Below, piece by piece: positions 29,541 to 40,566 of a DNA stretch of 64,000 nt. A program made the position numbers and the translations under genes. This DNA is from Patescibacteria group bacterium. Its GTDB lineage: Bacteria; Patescibacteriota; Microgenomatia; UBA1406; GWC2-37-13. The notes under the pieces are model-generated. The model did no database searches. It saw only the letters and a program-made list of their open reading frames with translations, and had not been told where the DNA came from. How positions within the stretch are numbered: the stretch's first letter is position 1; every line of letters starts with the position of its first letter. The DNA lies in contig JBBRMU010000003.1 in the NCBI GenBank assembly GCA_038230655.1, forward strand, positions 10,288 to 74,287, written 5' to 3'.

Positions 29541-30053
29541 ATGGACGTCAATAAACTAACTGCTGGAAAAAATTCACCACAAGAGGTGAATGTTGTTATC
29601 GAAATACCTCAAGGGTCATACGTAAAGTATGAACTTGATAAAGAGAGCGGTTACTTAATGACCGACAGATTTCATTATACAACAATGGGCTACCCATTTA
29701 ACTATGGCTTCGTACCTCAGACTCATGGCGAAGACGGAGATCCTATAGATGTTATGGTTATCTCAAAGTATCCAATTGTACCCAATGCAGTTGTTGTCGT
29801 TAGACCAATTGGAATGCTCGAGATGGAAGATGAGGCTGGAATTGATACTAAAATTATTGCAGTTCCGACTAAAAAAGTTGATCCTTTTCATGCGCGCATT
29901 GAAGACATTACAGATATAGACGAAGCAACATTAAAAATGTTCAAACATTTTTTTGATCACTACAAAGAACTGGAACCCAATAAATGGGTTAAGACTAAAA
30001 ACTTTCTTCCAAAAGAAAAAGCTATCGAAGCGATTAAGAAATCAATGAAATAA
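29541..30053 (+). CDS. ppa: inorganic pyrophosphatase (family I)
   Basis: VVIEIPQGS..KYELDKESG, DGDPIDV and typical family I length (170 aa). Confidence 0.95.
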   Translation: MDVNKLTAGKNSPQEVNVVIEIPQGSYVKYELDKESGYLMTDRFHYTTMGYPFNYGFVPQTHGEDGDPIDVMVISKYPIVPNAVVVVRPIGMLEMEDEAGIDTKIIAVPTKKVDPFHARIEDITDIDEATLKMFKHFFDHYKELEPNKWVKTKNFLPKEKAIEAIKKSMK

Positions 30054-30054
30054 T

Positions 30055-30225
30055 ATGGACTGCCCAGTTTGTAAAACAGAAATGGAGCGAGGTTTGACGG
30101 ATAGAGGCTTCTGGTATAAAACAGATACCGATCCTTTACCCATCTCGTCTATTGATCAGATTGTTGTTGATGCGTGGAGATGTCCCGAGTGTGGAAAGAT
30201 TGAACTAGATAGTCTCGTTGATTAA
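30055..30225 (+). CDS. small zinc-ribbon protein, 56 aa
   Basis: Not in the track. CPVC...CPEC pairs. It fills the ppa-gyrA gap exactly, with its ATG 1 nt after the ppa stop. Confidence 0.5.
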   Translation: MDCPVCKTEMERGLTDRGFWYKTDTDPLPISSIDQIVVDAWRCPECGKIELDSLVD

Positions 30226-30257
30226 GAAACTATGAATTATTGTAAATTTTAAAAACT

Positions 30258-32879
30258 ATGTCAGACCTAGACCAAACAGAAAAAAAAGAGTTAGCACAAA
30301 CACCGCTTTCAGATCAACACACTGAAATAGTGCAGGAAATGAAAAACGCGTATCTTGACTACGCGATGTCGGTCATTGTGGAACGCGCTCTACCTGATGT
30401 ACGAGATGGTCTAAAGCCTGTCCACCGCAGAATTTTATTTGCCATGCACAAAATGGGTCTATCTTTTAATGGCAGATTCTCGAAGTCTGCAGGTGTTGTC
30501 GGAGAAGTCCTTGGAAAGTATCACCCTCATGGTGATGCGCCAGTCTATGAAGCTCTTGTCCGCATGGCACAGGACTTCTCAATGAGGTACCAACTTATAA
30601 AAGGCCAGGGAAACTTTGGCTCTGTAGATGGTGATCCAGCCGCCGCGATGCGTTACACCGAGGTTAAGCTCTCCAAAATAGCTGAAGAAATGCTTGTTGA
30701 TATTGAAAAAGAAACTGTTGGTTTTATCGATAACTTTGACGGCAGACTGCAAGAGCCTCTTTATCTGCCAGCAAAGCTACCGAATCTTTTACTGATGGGT
30801 GCTGAGGGAATTGCAGTAGGTATGGCAACGAAAATTCCTCCTCATAACTTGAATGAGATTGCAGATGCATGTATTGCACTCATTGATAAAGCTAAACTCA
30901 TTGACGAAAAAGAGAAAGATCCAACAAAAGCAACTTCTGTCACACCAAAAGACGACCCTGATGTTAATGAAGCCAGTCCGTATAGCAAAGTTTTTGGAGT
31001 ATATAAACAAAAAGACCTCTTATCATATGAACTAACTGGCGAAGATCTCTTAGAGTATGTAAAAGGCCCGGACTTCCCAACAGCCGGAATAATTTATGGA
31101 GCAAATGATATTAAACAAGTCTACCTAACAGGAAGAGGTAAAATTCTTATCAGAGCTTTAGTCGACGAAGAAGACTTAGGAAAAGGAAAAAGCGCGATTA
31201 TTGTAAAACAGCTTCCATACCAGGTCAACAAAGCTCATCTAGTTGAAAAAATTGCTCATTTGGTGATGGATAAAAAAGTTGTCGGCATTTCTGATCTTAG
31301 AGATGAGTCAGATCGCGATGGAATCCGAGTTGTCATCGAGCTAAAACGTGATGCCTCCTATAAAAAAGTCCTTAATAATCTTTTCAAATTCACAGAACTA
31401 CAGACCTCGTTTCCCGTAAATATCGTGGCTCTCGTTGATGGAGTCCCTCAAACACTCTCACTGAAAACGATCCTAGAAAATTATTTGAAGCATCGTGTAG
31501 ATATTGTTACAAAGCGATCTGAATTTGAACTTAAACAGGCAGAACACAGAGCTCATATTCTCCAAGGGTACCTCATTGCACTCGATCATATTGATGAAGT
31601 CATAAAAATAATCCGTGGATCTAAGGACGAACCAACCGCAAAAGCTGCATTAATGAAAAACTTTGGGCTCAGTGAAATTCAGACTCAGGCAATTTTAGAG
31701 ATGCAGTTAAGGAGACTTACAGGTCTTGAAAGAGCTAAAATTGAGGATGAACTCAAGACTCTCCAGGAGATCATTGACTACTTGGAAATGCTGCTTAAAG
31801 ACGTTTTCAAAATTCTTAAAGTTATTAAAGATGAACTTCTTTATTTGAAAGACAAGTATGGTGATGAGAGAAGAACAAGAGTCATTAAGTCAAAGCCAGG
31901 AGAGATCTCTGACGAAGAACTTATCGAAAATAAAGAGGTCTTTGTCGTGTTAACTAAAGAAGGATATATTAAACAGATTCCAATGGAAACTTTCAAAGTC
32001 CAAAACAGAGGGGGTAAAGGCGTTTCTGGAATGGAAACGAAAGAAACAGATAACGTCTACATAATGTCAAAAGCCAAGATGCATGACTATATTCTGTACT
32101 TTAGCAACCAGGGAAGAGTATTTACCACCAGAATTTGGGATATTCCGGCTGGATCTAGAATCTCAAAAGGAAAAGCTATTGTTAACCTCTTGACGTTACG
32201 ACCAGATGAAAAAATTACCTCAATCCTCACCTATAATACTGAAACACTAAAACCTGTAGATAAGATTACTAACTATGTCATCATGATCACAAAAGACGGC
32301 ACAGTTAAAAAAACACCATTCCAAGAGTATGCAAATATTCGTAGTAATGGACTGATCGCGATAAAACTAGAGCCTGGTGATGCCCTAAATTGGGTTAAAT
32401 TCACCCATGGTTCCAAAAATGTAATGCTCGTTTCTAAGGAAGGAAAAGCGATTATGTTCAAGGAAAGTGAGGTCCGAACTACCGGAAGATCTTCTATTGG
32501 TGTCAGAGGTATGGACCTAGACGATAATGATGAAGTAGTATCAGCAGATGTCTTTAATCAGGATGAACTGAAAAAAAATATCTTTGTTATCTCTGACCGA
32601 GGTATCGGTAAGAAAACGTTCTTATCTGAGTTTAAAGGACAGCATCGAGGAGGAAAAGGAGTTAAAATAGCCTCAATTGATGCCAAGTTTGGGAAAATTG
32701 CTTTTGTGGAGATCATTGATCCGGGGGAAAATACGGTCATCATTACGAGTGGTCATGGTCAAGTTGTCAAGATTCCGATGGCTTCCATTCCATCGAGGTC
32801 AAGAACAGCAAAAGGTGTCATTTTGATGAGATTCTCTGATAAATCTGATAAGGTGGTAAGCGCAACCTTTGTGGAGTAA
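30258..32879 (+). CDS. gyrA: DNA gyrase subunit A
   Basis: [12 protein letters not shown], catalytic Tyr context (AAMRYTE) and C-terminal beta-pinwheel repeats. It carries an insertion of about 45 aa before GPDFPTAG. Confidence 0.97.
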   Translation: MSDLDQTEKKELAQTPLSDQHTEIVQEMKNAYLDYAMSVIVERALPDVRDGLKPVHRRILFAMHKMGLSFNGRFSKSAGVVGEVLGKYHPHGDAPVYEALVRMAQDFSMRYQLIKGQGNFGSVDGDPAAAMRYTEVKLSKIAEEMLVDIEKETVGFIDNFDGRLQEPLYLPAKLPNLLLMGAEGIAVGMATKIPPHNLNEIADACIALIDKAKLIDEKEKDPTKATSVTPKDDPDVNEASPYSKVFGVYKQKDLLSYELTGEDLLEYVKGPDFPTAGIIYGANDIKQVYLTGRGKILIRALVDEEDLGKGKSAIIVKQLPYQVNKAHLVEKIAHLVMDKKVVGISDLRDESDRDGIRVVIELKRDASYKKVLNNLFKFTELQTSFPVNIVALVDGVPQTLSLKTILENYLKHRVDIVTKRSEFELKQAEHRAHILQGYLIALDHIDEVIKIIRGSKDEPTAKAALMKNFGLSEIQTQAILEMQLRRLTGLERAKIEDELKTLQEIIDYLEMLLKDVFKILKVIKDELLYLKDKYGDERRTRVIKSKPGEISDEELIENKEVFVVLTKEGYIKQIPMETFKVQNRGGKGVSGMETKETDNVYIMSKAKMHDYILYFSNQGRVFTTRIWDIPAGSRISKGKAIVNLLTLRPDEKITSILTYNTETLKPVDKITNYVIMITKDGTVKKTPFQEYANIRSNGLIAIKLEPGDALNWVKFTHGSKNVMLVSKEGKAIMFKESEVRTTGRSSIGVRGMDLDDNDEVVSADVFNQDELKKNIFVISDRGIGKKTFLSEFKGQHRGGKGVKIASIDAKFGKIAFVEIIDPGENTVIITSGHGQVVKIPMASIPSRSRTAKGVILMRFSDKSDKVVSATFVE

Positions 32880-33042
32880 TCGAAGTTAAAAAATCTTTAC
32901 GCATTTCTTCAAAAGGCTCTAGTCTCGAATCAATGTGGTCTATAACCGCTGAAATTTTCACAGCCATTTTATAATCTTGGCGACTTTCGAACTCCTTAAA
33001 TCTTTTATCTCTATATCCCATTGTGACAAGTTCTCTCTCCAT
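32818..33042 (-). CDS. hypothetical small protein (doubtful)
   Basis: ORF only, with no SD. The last 62 nt overlap the gyrA 3' end. Confidence 0.25.
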   Translation of the reverse strand: MERELVTMGYRDKRFKEFESRQDYKMAVKISAVIDHIDSRLEPFEEMRKDFLTSITPQRLRLPPYQIYQRISSK

Positions 33043-33168
33043 ATAATTTTCAACTATTTTTTCATAACAAAAACCTCAGAACTATGTCTATCGCTTATAC
33101 TCCATAGAAGTATTTTAAGTTTTAGATTATCCTAGAGCCCTAAACATCTAATGTGGTATAATATAAGC

Positions 33169-34053
33169 ATGAAATTACCCGGTAAACAAATAGCAGAGGC
33201 TCTCCAAGTAAACTTAAAGCAAGAGGTGCAAATTCTGAAAAAAAAAGGTATTCCTTTAAAATTAGTCGATATTCTCATCGGTGAAGCTGACGATCAGATA
33301 TCATTCGTCAAAATCAAAGAAAAAATGGCTCAAAAACTTGGTGTTGAGTTTGAGTTTGTACATCTGATAAAAACCCCTTCTTTTGAAAACTTTGCAAATA
33401 TTTTAAAGGGTTACTCTGTTGACCCAAAAGTTACTGGTATAATCGTGCAACAGCCACTCCCTTTCCAGCTTCAAACTGACAGTCTTTACAACTTTATTCC
33501 TCTCTCAAAAGAGATTGAAGGACACAAGCTCAAGACTACATTCTGTGCACCTCTTGGTTTAGCTATCCTTACCGCGCTCAAATATGTTTTTAAGGGATCA
33601 GTTGTTTCAGCGGATCTCTTTGTTGATCTTTCAAAAGATACGGATTTCTTCAAGAAAAATCTCAGAAGTAAAAAAGTTGTCATTATCGGAAGAGGGATGA
33701 CTGGTGGACTTCCCATTGGCGAAACATTTAAAAAACTCAAATTAGATTTTCTGAGCGTAGCTTCTCAAACGTTCGAACCTCATGCATACTACAAAGATGC
33801 TGATATCATCATTACCGCCGTAGGTAAAAAAATTATTACATCTGACATGCTAAAACCGGGAGCCGTGCTTTTGAACGTTGGACTTAGACGTGAAGATGAG
33901 AAATTAAGAGGAGATTATGAAGAAGATGAAGTAAAAGATGTTTCATCCTTATATAGCTCAACACCTGGTGGTATTGGGCCAATCGATGTCGTCTATCTCT
34001 TCAAAAATCTTCTTGACGCCTCGAAGCTACAGAACTATCAAAAGTTTCATTAA
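33169..34053 (+). CDS. folD: bifunctional methylenetetrahydrofolate dehydrogenase/cyclohydrolase
   Basis: FolD-like layout (VQQPLP, GRGMTGGLPIG, TPGGIGP). Extended -10 TGgTATAAT at 33154-33162 lies 6 nt before the ATG at 33169. Confidence 0.9.
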   Translation: MKLPGKQIAEALQVNLKQEVQILKKKGIPLKLVDILIGEADDQISFVKIKEKMAQKLGVEFEFVHLIKTPSFENFANILKGYSVDPKVTGIIVQQPLPFQLQTDSLYNFIPLSKEIEGHKLKTTFCAPLGLAILTALKYVFKGSVVSADLFVDLSKDTDFFKKNLRSKKVVIIGRGMTGGLPIGETFKKLKLDFLSVASQTFEPHAYYKDADIIITAVGKKIITSDMLKPGAVLLNVGLRREDEKLRGDYEEDEVKDVSSLYSSTPGGIGPIDVVYLFKNLLDASKLQNYQKFH

Positions 34054-34098
34054 GACTTCCTTTAATTCTCAGTTCTTCATTCAGATCTTATAGATCAT

Positions 34099-35043
34099 AT
34101 GCAAAATGTTATTATTATCACTGGTCAAACTGCAACAGGTAAAACTGAGCTAGCTCTAGAGTTGGCTGAGAAATGTAACGGAGAGCTTGTGAACTGCGAC
34201 TCTAGGCAGATTTACAAACACTTAGATATTATTAGCGGTAAGGATCTGACAAATGATCGCTACAGAGAAACACGGAAGATGGGGGGATTTTCAGTTGGCT
34301 ACTACACTTTTGACACCCATGCCAGATCTAAGATCTGGCTATACGATATCATCTCTCCTAAAGAGTACTTTTCTTCCTTTGACTACCAACAATGTGCATT
34401 GTTCACTATAAAACACATTCTAGATCAGGGAAAAACTCCCATAATTGTCGGAGGTACTTATTTTTACTTATATCACCTCCTTTATAGCGTGGAAACTGAA
34501 AATATCAAACCTAACTGGGAGTTAAGAGAAAGATTTAAAAACTCTCCTTTAAAAAGGCTGCAAGATGAACTTAAAAAAATAAACAGATCTTTATTTGAGA
34601 GCCTGAATGAAAGTGAGAAACAGAATCCTCAAAGACTTATTCGAAAAATTGAGGTTTCTCTGATACATAATGACTTTAATCAAGAATCTTTACAAAAAAA
34701 ACTATCACTTGAGAAAAAACTATCTAGGGAAAACCTGCAGGTCGAGTTTCTTGGTTTAAAGTATAAAGACAGAGCAGCAGAACTAGACTCTATCAAAACA
34801 CGAGTAACTAAAAGAGTGGAGGAAGGTGCTGTCCAAGAAGTAAGAGCAATACTCGCTAAAGGGTATACTAAAAATGACCCGGGAATGAAAACTATTGGCT
34901 ATCAACAGATGATTGACTTCCTTATGGGCACAAGATCAAAAGAGGAGATGTTGGAAGCTTGGATTACTAAAGAGATGCAGTACGCCAAACGCCAGTTTAC
35001 TTTCATGAAACGAGATACAAATATCGCCTGGAGAGAAGTATAA
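34099..35043 (+). CDS. miaA: tRNA dimethylallyltransferase
   Basis: P-loop ITGQTATGKT plus NCDSRQIYK and IIVGGTYFY motifs. Confidence 0.9.
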   Translation: MQNVIIITGQTATGKTELALELAEKCNGELVNCDSRQIYKHLDIISGKDLTNDRYRETRKMGGFSVGYYTFDTHARSKIWLYDIISPKEYFSSFDYQQCALFTIKHILDQGKTPIIVGGTYFYLYHLLYSVETENIKPNWELRERFKNSPLKRLQDELKKINRSLFESLNESEKQNPQRLIRKIEVSLIHNDFNQESLQKKLSLEKKLSRENLQVEFLGLKYKDRAAELDSIKTRVTKRVEEGAVQEVRAILAKGYTKNDPGMKTIGYQQMIDFLMGTRSKEEMLEAWITKEMQYAKRQFTFMKRDTNIAWREV

Positions 35044-35145
35044 TATGTGGCCTAAAATCCATTGAAATTTTCTGCATCAGGAGTAACATTGTATCAATGG
35101 CTCAAGAAGCTATCTCAGCATATAGAGATTTGATCTTAAAGTAAT

Positions 35146-36918
35146 TTACTCCCTTTTGAATAACTTCATGAAAGCTTCCTTTGGCACTTCAACACTACCG
35201 ACCATCTTCATGCGTTTTTTACCTTCTTTCTGTTTTTCTAGAAGTTTACGTTTTCTACTAAAGTCCCCACCACCAACTGTTTTACTGTTATGAGTAAGGA
35301 CATCTTTTCTAAAGGGAGATAACTTTTCACTTGCAATGATTTTACCTTTATACTTTGCCTGGATCTTTATCTCAAACTGCTGACGGGGAATTACATCTTT
35401 CAACTTTTTCACTAGTTCGCTTCCTTTTTCCATTGACCTTTCCTGTACAACAATTTCCGAGAACTCCTCAATTTCCTCAAGATTTATCAAAAGACTGAGC
35501 TTATCTGCTTTTACCTTTTCATAACGCAAGAACTCCCAATCAAGAGAAGCATATCCGGAAGTAACACTTTTAAGCCTGTCAAAAAAATCCGAGATCATCT
35601 CTACAAGAGGCATTTCATAGGTCACAGATATCTGATTTATATTGTCCATTGTTAAAAACCGCGCCCGGTACTTCTCACAAAGCTGCATAACCGCACCAGA
35701 ATAATCCTGTGGCGTTAAAATCATAATTTTGACATATGGTTCTTCATATGCATTGTTATTAATCTTGTACTCAACTTGAGGAGGAGTCAGTACCAAACTT
35801 AGACCAAATTCACGCTCTAGACGCTCACGGACCACATCGGCGTGCAAAAGCCCTAGAAAGCCAACTCTAAATCCTGCACCCAGCGCCTGGCTGAATATAG
35901 CGTTAAATTCTAAGGAAGAGTCATTAAGGTATAACTTGTCTAAAGCTTTTTTTAAATTCAAGTAGTCGTTTGTGTCTGTTGGAAACATTGAAGCATAAAC
36001 CATTGGCTTTACCTTGCGGTAGCCAGATAAGGGAGGATTCTTAGATTTTTCATCAATGATGGTATCACCGACACGGACCTGATGAATATCTTTTAGATTT
36101 GTAACAACATAACCGATTTCACCTTCCGTTAGTTCATTTTTAGGTTTCAGTTCCGGGTCAAAAATGCCAACTTCAACCATCTCAAACATACTTCCATTGG
36201 CTGATAACTTTACATTTAACCCTTTTCTTAATTTTCCTTCAAAAACTCTTACAAAGGCGATAACACCACGATGCGGGTCATAGTATGAATCAAAGATGAG
36301 TGACTGAAGTTCATCCCCCGTAACTTCTACATGGAAAGGGTGAAATGGTGGCGGTATTTTCTCAACAACTGTCTGTAGAAGAGCCTCAACATTCAGACCA
36401 GTTTTTGCAGAAACCTCAAAAATTTCTTTTTCATCAATACCCAAAAAATCTACAAGCTGTTTTTTTGTCTTAGCAACTTCAGAGCTTGGTAGATCAATTT
36501 TATTAATTACCGGGATAATAACGAGATTTTTATCTAGAGCTTTGTAAGCGTTGGCGATTGTCTGAGCCTGAATACCCTGGGTTGCATCTACCAAAAGAAT
36601 TACCCCTTCTACACAAGCTAACGTACGGTCAACTTCGTATGAAAAATCAACATGGCCTGGAGTATCAATTAAATTTAATAGATACGTCGTTGAAGGAGTA
36701 GTAGAGGTAGCCTTGGAGGTATAGTTCATCCTCACAGGTGCAAGCTTGATGGTAATACCTCTTTCACGGGAGATCGGGTTTCTATCAAGCATCTGAGCTT
36801 CATGCTGATTCGCATCTATGACTCCAGTTAGCTCAAGTAAACGGTCAGCTAAGGTTGACTTACCATGATCTACATGAGCAATAATGGCAAAGTTCCGAAT
36901 GTTTTTAGGCTCGGTCAT
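35146..36918 (-). CDS. lepA: translation elongation factor 4
   Basis: IRNFAIIAHVDHGKSTLADR, DTPGHVDF, NKIDL and the LepA-specific C-terminal domain. Confidence 0.97.
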   Translation of the reverse strand: MTEPKNIRNFAIIAHVDHGKSTLADRLLELTGVIDANQHEAQMLDRNPISRERGITIKLAPVRMNYTSKATSTTPSTTYLLNLIDTPGHVDFSYEVDRTLACVEGVILLVDATQGIQAQTIANAYKALDKNLVIIPVINKIDLPSSEVAKTKKQLVDFLGIDEKEIFEVSAKTGLNVEALLQTVVEKIPPPFHPFHVEVTGDELQSLIFDSYYDPHRGVIAFVRVFEGKLRKGLNVKLSANGSMFEMVEVGIFDPELKPKNELTEGEIGYVVTNLKDIHQVRVGDTIIDEKSKNPPLSGYRKVKPMVYASMFPTDTNDYLNLKKALDKLYLNDSSLEFNAIFSQALGAGFRVGFLGLLHADVVRERLEREFGLSLVLTPPQVEYKINNNAYEEPYVKIMILTPQDYSGAVMQLCEKYRARFLTMDNINQISVTYEMPLVEMISDFFDRLKSVTSGYASLDWEFLRYEKVKADKLSLLINLEEIEEFSEIVVQERSMEKGSELVKKLKDVIPRQQFEIKIQAKYKGKIIASEKLSPFRKDVLTHNSKTVGGGDFSRKRKLLEKQKEGKKRMKMVGSVEVPKEAFMKLFKRE

Positions 36919-36970
36919 AAGAGTACATTATATCGGTAAAGAAGCGTAAGAGCAAATAGAGGAGGAAAGT

Positions 36971-38431
36971 TTATACAGTCAAAACTTTTACCGTTGAGGT
37001 TGTCCCTTCAGCCCAATGATCACCATGAATAATAATTAAGCGGTCTTTTTTCTTGACTAATTCTTTATTCTGAAGAAAGGAGACCGATCTCAAAATATCA
37101 TCCTTCGTTATTTCATCACTCGGTTTTTCATCATTAATGAAAGAATAGACACCAAAGAAAAGACTTAGCCTATCACATATAGACTTATCTGGTGTAAATG
37201 TGAATATCGGCACCAAGGGTCTATATCTTGAAACAAGCTCAGCTGTTTTTCCCGAGTGAGTAAAAACAACAAATCCCGCTAAATGTTCTTCTTGAGTATT
37301 CAATTTCATATACACGTTATAAGCAGCTTCTGCAATAACGTCATTTATCTCGTTGGTGAGAATCTTATATTTATGTCGGATATCATAGAAGAACTTAGGC
37401 TCATTAAAATCAATAGTATTTTTCATAACCTGGACCGCTTCAAAAGGAAACTGCCCAGATGCTGTTTCTCCAGATAGCATGACTGCATCTGTTTGGTCAT
37501 AACATGCATTGGCAACATCTGATACCTCAGCACGAGTCGGGTAGGGATTCGTCATCATAGTCTGCAGCATCTGCGTCGCCGTAATGACTGCCTTACCTTT
37601 TTCAATGCATTTTTTAATAAGTAGTTTTTGATAGTAAGGAACCTGCTCGATAGGGAGTTCAACACCTAGATCCCCTCTAGCAACCATAATTGCGTCTGAG
37701 TTATCAATAATGTTATCTAGGTCATCAATTGCTTTTTTTGTCTCAATTTTTGCGACTAGACTCGCTCTAAATTGATACTTTTCCATCTCGGTTTTAACAA
37801 ATATAAGATCTTCAGCTGATCTAACAAAGGAGAGTGCGACATAGTCAATCTCATTTTTTTGGGCTAATTTTAGTCCTTCAAAGTCCTTATCAACCAGTAC
37901 GGGAAAAGGGAAGTCGGCTCCTGGTATGTTAAGTGACTTTCGGTTGCCTAAAGTACCACCGCTGTCTGATTTGAGGTAACACTTTCCATCTTTCTTGACT
38001 ACGTAGAAAATAAATGCTCCATCATCAGCTACTAATTTTTGGCCATCGGTAAGGTTCTCGATTATATTTGGATGAGACATCGAAAAACCGGGTTCTTTAT
38101 TCTCGAAAGACTCTGGACCAAATAGGAGAAGATCACCCTTATTTATAGCTATCTGATCAACTGGCATGTTAATGCGAATCTCTGCTCCTTGGAGATCAAT
38201 AAGCGTTCCAATAGCAATGCCCATTCTGTCTGCAACTGTATTAACTCTCTCAATGCGCTCATTATGCCACTCTACAGTATTATGTTTGAAGTTAAAGCGG
38301 AAAATATTCACTCCAAGAGAGATTAGTTTTTCAATCATCTCTTCTGAGTCAGAAGACGGACCGATGGTTGCAACAATTTTTGTAAGTTTATTCATATATT
38401 TTCTACTAGTAACAGTAAATAAGTTTATCAT
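36971..38431 (-). CDS. pyk: pyruvate kinase
   Basis: TKIVATIGPSS, MVARGDLGVE and other PK barrel motifs. An alternative start at 38395 gives the canonical MNKLTKIV N-terminus. Confidence 0.92.
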   Translation of the reverse strand: MINLFTVTSRKYMNKLTKIVATIGPSSDSEEMIEKLISLGVNIFRFNFKHNTVEWHNERIERVNTVADRMGIAIGTLIDLQGAEIRINMPVDQIAINKGDLLLFGPESFENKEPGFSMSHPNIIENLTDGQKLVADDGAFIFYVVKKDGKCYLKSDSGGTLGNRKSLNIPGADFPFPVLVDKDFEGLKLAQKNEIDYVALSFVRSAEDLIFVKTEMEKYQFRASLVAKIETKKAIDDLDNIIDNSDAIMVARGDLGVELPIEQVPYYQKLLIKKCIEKGKAVITATQMLQTMMTNPYPTRAEVSDVANACYDQTDAVMLSGETASGQFPFEAVQVMKNTIDFNEPKFFYDIRHKYKILTNEINDVIAEAAYNVYMKLNTQEEHLAGFVVFTHSGKTAELVSRYRPLVPIFTFTPDKSICDRLSLFFGVYSFINDEKPSDEITKDDILRSVSFLQNKELVKKKDRLIIIHGDHWAEGTTSTVKVLTV

Positions 38432-38454
38432 AATATTTTGTATACTTTCTATAC

Positions 38455-39717
38455 ATGAAAAAGCAGTTATCTAAAATATTCTCCAACGAGTTTTATAAAG
38501 GGGGAATAATTCTCACGGCTTCTTCTATTTTGGTTAACTTTTTCAACTATATTTTTAACTTTCTGGCAGGTAGGGCCTTGGGGCCTGCCGGATATGGTGA
38601 GATCTCAAGCTTATTTTCCTACGTCTCATTACTGACAATTCCTACAGCAGTAGTCACGACCATTATTATTCAAAAAATTGGCTCAACAGATCAGGAGAAG
38701 CTACCTTATGCTCTCTCAATTGAAGCATATATAAATCAAAAGCTAAAAAAATACGCGCCAATCATTATCCTCTCACTTCTTCTCACACCATTTATTCACC
38801 GGATTACTAATTTATCGCCTCTAACGAGTGCAGTGCTTATTCCGTTCATTCTAATTGCAGTCTTGACGTCGTTTTATAATTCAATGCTTCAAGGCCTTAA
38901 GCTTTTTTTCTTTATTTCATTAATATCTCTAGCAATTACTTTTTTGAAAATGTTTGGAGGGATCGCGGCAGCACTGCACATGGGTGGAGTTGAAGTTGTC
39001 TTGCTATTTCTGTTTATAGCATCTATTGTTGGATATGCAGGAAATATTATTGCTCTACGGGTGCAATCAAAAAAAGCGGTTACTTTGGAACCTGCTAAAA
39101 AAATAGAGAAGCGAATGCTATCTTTTATTTTATCTCCTCAGTTTATTACTACAGGCCTTTCCGTCGCGGCAATGCTTGCATTAAACAACGTGGATATAAT
39201 TTATGTTAAGAAGTTTTTCAGCCCTCAAGAAGCAGGATTATACAGTTCATGGTCACTATTTGCTAAAGCAATTTTTTATGTTCTGGGGCCTTTACTAGGA
39301 GTGAGTTATATTTTCTTTACTCATACTAAAGACCGTCATGATGAGCAGAAATCATTTATTTTATCTTTACTGGCGCTCATTGGATTAGGCATCTGTAGCT
39401 TTATTTTCTACACATTTTTTGCAGACTTCATTATCTCAACTCTTTTTGGAAAAAAATTTGTAAGTATCATTCCTTATCTGGGGTTGGCAAGTATTTACGG
39501 CTCTCTTTATGCAATTATAACTTTTATTAATAACTTCTTCATAGCTAAAAAAAGCAAGTATTCATTAATCCTGGCTTTGTCACTTCCGATTTACGTTGTA
39601 GCGCTCTTTTTCACGTCAAGAAACATTGCCAATATTTTTATTCTAAACATCTTATACGGGACAGTAACCGTTTCGATCTATTTACTGGCTTATTTTTACT
39701 CCAAAAATAAACTCTGA
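38455..39717 (+). CDS. oligosaccharide flippase (MOP/Wzx family)
   Basis: 12-14 TM segments and a Wzx-like N-terminus. It is the first gene of the glycan operon. Confidence 0.7.
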   Translation: MKKQLSKIFSNEFYKGGIILTASSILVNFFNYIFNFLAGRALGPAGYGEISSLFSYVSLLTIPTAVVTTIIIQKIGSTDQEKLPYALSIEAYINQKLKKYAPIIILSLLLTPFIHRITNLSPLTSAVLIPFILIAVLTSFYNSMLQGLKLFFFISLISLAITFLKMFGGIAAALHMGGVEVVLLFLFIASIVGYAGNIIALRVQSKKAVTLEPAKKIEKRMLSFILSPQFITTGLSVAAMLALNNVDIIYVKKFFSPQEAGLYSSWSLFAKAIFYVLGPLLGVSYIFFTHTKDRHDEQKSFILSLLALIGLGICSFIFYTFFADFIISTLFGKKFVSIIPYLGLASIYGSLYAIITFINNFFIAKKSKYSLILALSLPIYVVALFFTSRNIANIFILNILYGTVTVSIYLLAYFYSKNKL

Positions 39718-39772
39718 ATTCTTGAAAGAATGCCGCTGTAAAGTTGAGATAGATTGGTATATAATAATTTGC

Positions 39773-40564
39773 ATGGAAAATAAATCACCTCTTCACTTCT
39801 TGAGTCTGATTATTCCGGTCTATAAAAAAGAAAAAACTATCGTTAATAACCTCCATCATGTTAAAAAAGTACTCGATGAAATCAGATATGACTACGAAAT
39901 AATCGCAGTCGTCGACGGGATGATCGATCAGTCATTTGAATATATAAAAAAAGCTAAAATCGATAAAGTACGATGTATTGGATACAGAGAAAATCATGGA
40001 AAAAGCTTTGCAATAAGACTCGGTATGAAAGAGTCAAAAGGAGATTATATTATGTTCATTGACTCAGGAGCAGAAATTGACCCTAATGGAATCTCGATGT
40101 TGCTTGAACATATGGAGTGGTATGACGCTGACATAATTGTCGGTTCGAAACGACACCCAGCTTCTCTGGTTAATTACTCTCCGATAAGAAAAATTTTAAG
40201 TTACGGATACTATATTCTTGTACGAATACTGTTTGGTATAAGTGTCCATGATACTCAGGCAGGAATAAAGATTTTTAGAAAACCTGTTTTAGAAAAAATT
40301 CTTCCCCGATTAGTAGAAAAGAAGTTTACTGGTGATCTGGAAATCCTTGTTGCAGCAAAACAAAATGGGTTTAAGCGCATTTTTGAAGCACCAATAAAAC
40401 TTGACTATAAATTAGGCGAAATAAGTTCAGCGGCTACTGTAAGAGCGATTTACTGGATATTTATGGATACGCTTGCCATATTTTATAGATCCTATATACT
40501 CCATTACTATGATCATGCTCATACTAAGTTTGTGCCTCCTGAGGACATAAAATTCATCGATTAA
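39773..40564 (+). CDS. family 2 glycosyltransferase (polyprenyl-phosphate sugar synthase-like)
   Basis: LSLIIPVYKKE, VVDG and FIDSGAEID (DxD-like), in an ArnC/DPM1-like layout. The ATG at 39773 is preferred over the track TTG at 39722. Confidence 0.8.
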   Translation: MENKSPLHFLSLIIPVYKKEKTIVNNLHHVKKVLDEIRYDYEIIAVVDGMIDQSFEYIKKAKIDKVRCIGYRENHGKSFAIRLGMKESKGDYIMFIDSGAEIDPNGISMLLEHMEWYDADIIVGSKRHPASLVNYSPIRKILSYGYYILVRILFGISVHDTQAGIKIFRKPVLEKILPRLVEKKFTGDLEILVAAKQNGFKRIFEAPIKLDYKLGEISSAATVRAIYWIFMDTLAIFYRSYILHYYDHAHTKFVPPEDIKFID

Positions 40565-40566
40565 CT

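Noticed and set aside
30890-31060. The GyrA extra segment as an intein.
   Set aside because: It is only about 45 aa and has no Cys/Ser-...-HN-Cys/Ser/Thr splice-junction motifs or homing-endonuclease blocks. It is a simple loop insertion.
32818-32893. A possible fourth homopolymer frameshift. The A6 run at 32888-32893 would end the minus-strand ORF just outside gyrA if it were one base shorter.
   Set aside because: It would need an over-call rather than the under-call seen at the other three sites. The ORF itself has no domain or start-signal support. I kept it only as a low-confidence CDS.
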